64,000 nucleotides of DNA, from contig CAURZM010000007.1 of the NCBI GenBank assembly GCA_963529625.1, forward strand, positions 25,715-89,714, given 5' to 3'. This stretch comes from an uncultured Campylobacter sp. GTDB taxonomy: Bacteria; Campylobacterota; Campylobacteria; Campylobacterales; Campylobacteraceae. Below the pieces are notes generated by a model. That model had not been told where the DNA came from, searched no databases, and saw only the letters and a program-made list of their open reading frames with translations. Of the stretch, positions 62,835-64,000 are shown piece after piece. Position numbers and translations under genes: made by a program. Position 1 is the first letter of the stretch; every line of letters starts with the position of its first letter.

Positions 62835-64000
62835 AAAGCGTCATTCTGGCGGTCTTTTCGATACGTACTCTGCGAGTTGTGCCTAGCAGCTCCTCGCCGC
62901 CTCCCGCGCAGATTAAAAAATTTGAAAAGCTTCTACCGCACGCGGTGCCGCCCTCGCGCAGCTCCTCGAAATATACATCGAAAATTTTATCTTTTTGCGC
63001 TTTTGCGATCTCGTCTAAAATTTTAGTATGAGCGCTTTGCAGCCTGTTTAGCCTTTCGCTTGAAATTTCATCATCCAGCGGCTTTAAATTTGCTGCCGGC
63101 GTGAGCGGTCGCGGGCTAAATTTAAAGGAAAAAATCTGCTCAAATCTCACCGCCTTTAATACTTCCATCGTCTCGGCAAAATCCTCCTCGCTCTCGCTCG
63201 GATAGCCCACGATGATGTCGGTGCTAATCGCCACGCCCGGACAGCTTTGGCGCAGTTTAAGCGCGCGATCCAGATACCACTGCTTGGTATATCCGCGCTT
63301 CATATCGCGCAAAACCTTGCTGGAGCCGCTTTGCAAGGGCATATGCATCGATTTGCAAATTTTAGGATTATTGCAAAAAACGTCCAAAAATTTATCGTCC
63401 ATATGCAGCGGATGCGGGCTGGTAAAGCGGATGCGCTCGATGCCATCTATCTCGCTAAGCCGCACGAGCAGGTCGCTGAAGTCAATTTTTTCGTGCGCAT
63501 TAGAAAAGCGCTTGCCGTAATTATTGACGTTTTGGCCGAGCAAAAATATCTCTTTAGCGCCGCGAGCTGCGGATCTTTCGGCCTCGCGCAAAATGATTTG
63601 AGTGGGGATCGAAATTTCATCGCCTCTAGTTTGCGGCACGATGCAGTAGGAGCACTTTTTGTCGCAGCCGATCATTATGTTTATGAAGGATTTATATGGC
63701 GAGCTCGCAAAATCTCCGAAGGCAAACTCGCTCTCGTCGTAATTTATGTCTGTGCTGATAAATTTAGGCGTACGTACGGCTTGTGAAATTTTAGATACGT
63801 TTCTGGCACCGAGCACGAAATCCACAAAGGGCGCGCGCTTAAAAATTTCTCCGCCCAGATGGCTTGCGGTGCAGCCGCAAACGCCGATTTTGGAGCCCTT
63901 TTTTCTAGCTTTATCAAATGCTCCGATCTCGCTGAAGAGCTTATGCACGGGCTTTTCGCGTACGGAGCAGGTGTTTATTAAGATCAGATCCGCAATATTT
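62815..64000 (-). CDS. miaB: tRNA-2-methylthio-N6-dimethylallyladenosine synthase MiaB (5' end outside the window)
   Basis: [29 protein letters not shown] and RIRFTSPHP motifs. Confidence 0.96.
   Translation of the reverse strand, partial: NIADLILINTCSVREKPVHKLFSEIGAFDKARKKGSKIGVCGCTASHLGGEIFKRAPFVDFVLGARNVSKISQAVRTPKFISTDINYDESEFAFGDFASSPYKSFINIMIGCDKKCSYCIVPQTRGDEISIPTQIILREAERSAARGAKEIFLLGQNVNNYGKRFSNAHEKIDFSDLLVRLSEIDGIERIRFTSPHPLHMDDKFLDVFCNNPKICKSMHMPLQSGSSKVLRDMKRGYTKQWYLDRALKLRQSCPGVAISTDIIVGYPSESEEDFAETMEVLKAVRFEQIFSFKFSPRPLTPAANLKPLDDEISSERLNRLQSAHTKILDEIAKAQKDKIFDVYFEELREGGTACGRSFSNFLICAGGGEELLGTTRRVRIEKTARMTLYGQVIA

Overview
This is a core-chromosome window of an epsilonproteobacterium of the genus Campylobacter. 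The GC/CG-rich codon usage and long RAATTY-rich spacers resemble oral, C. gracilis-like species (inference). The housekeeping backbone comprises ribD (partial), rimP, rbfA, infB, DUF448, thrB, tsaB-like, lpxC, M23 peptidase, bamA, tyrA, dusB, dksA, rlmH, accD, recO, uvrA, pgi, galU, yigZ, a phs/psr thiosulfate/polysulfide reductase operon with a two-component pair, prfB, panC, rimO, tilS and miaB (partial). The catalytic phsA subunit carries an in-frame TAA. I saw no tRNA, rRNA, CRISPR array, integrase or transposase. The most interesting accessory content is as follows. (1) A six-member family of variable membrane proteins shares an RDYD(K/N)xPIxxK anchor and occurs at three loci, with shared 5' leader and promoter modules. 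Two of these leaders form inverted repeats around a ~9.8 kb uvrA-containing segment, an architecture reminiscent of the C. fetus sap locus. (2) A nucleosidase-like gene, a spore-photoproduct-lyase-like radical SAM gene and an SDR gene lie divergent from uvrA, with a possible AAG-like glycosylase further downstream. (3) Three tandem membrane-anchored paralogs have tails packed with PglB-type N-glycosylation sequons, and one is frameshifted at a G tract. (4) An AT-rich RTX-like gene is paired with a membrane-anchored partner. (5) A G9 tract abuts a -10 box. (6) RAATTY motifs are densely arrayed, and several genes carry in-frame repeat expansions.
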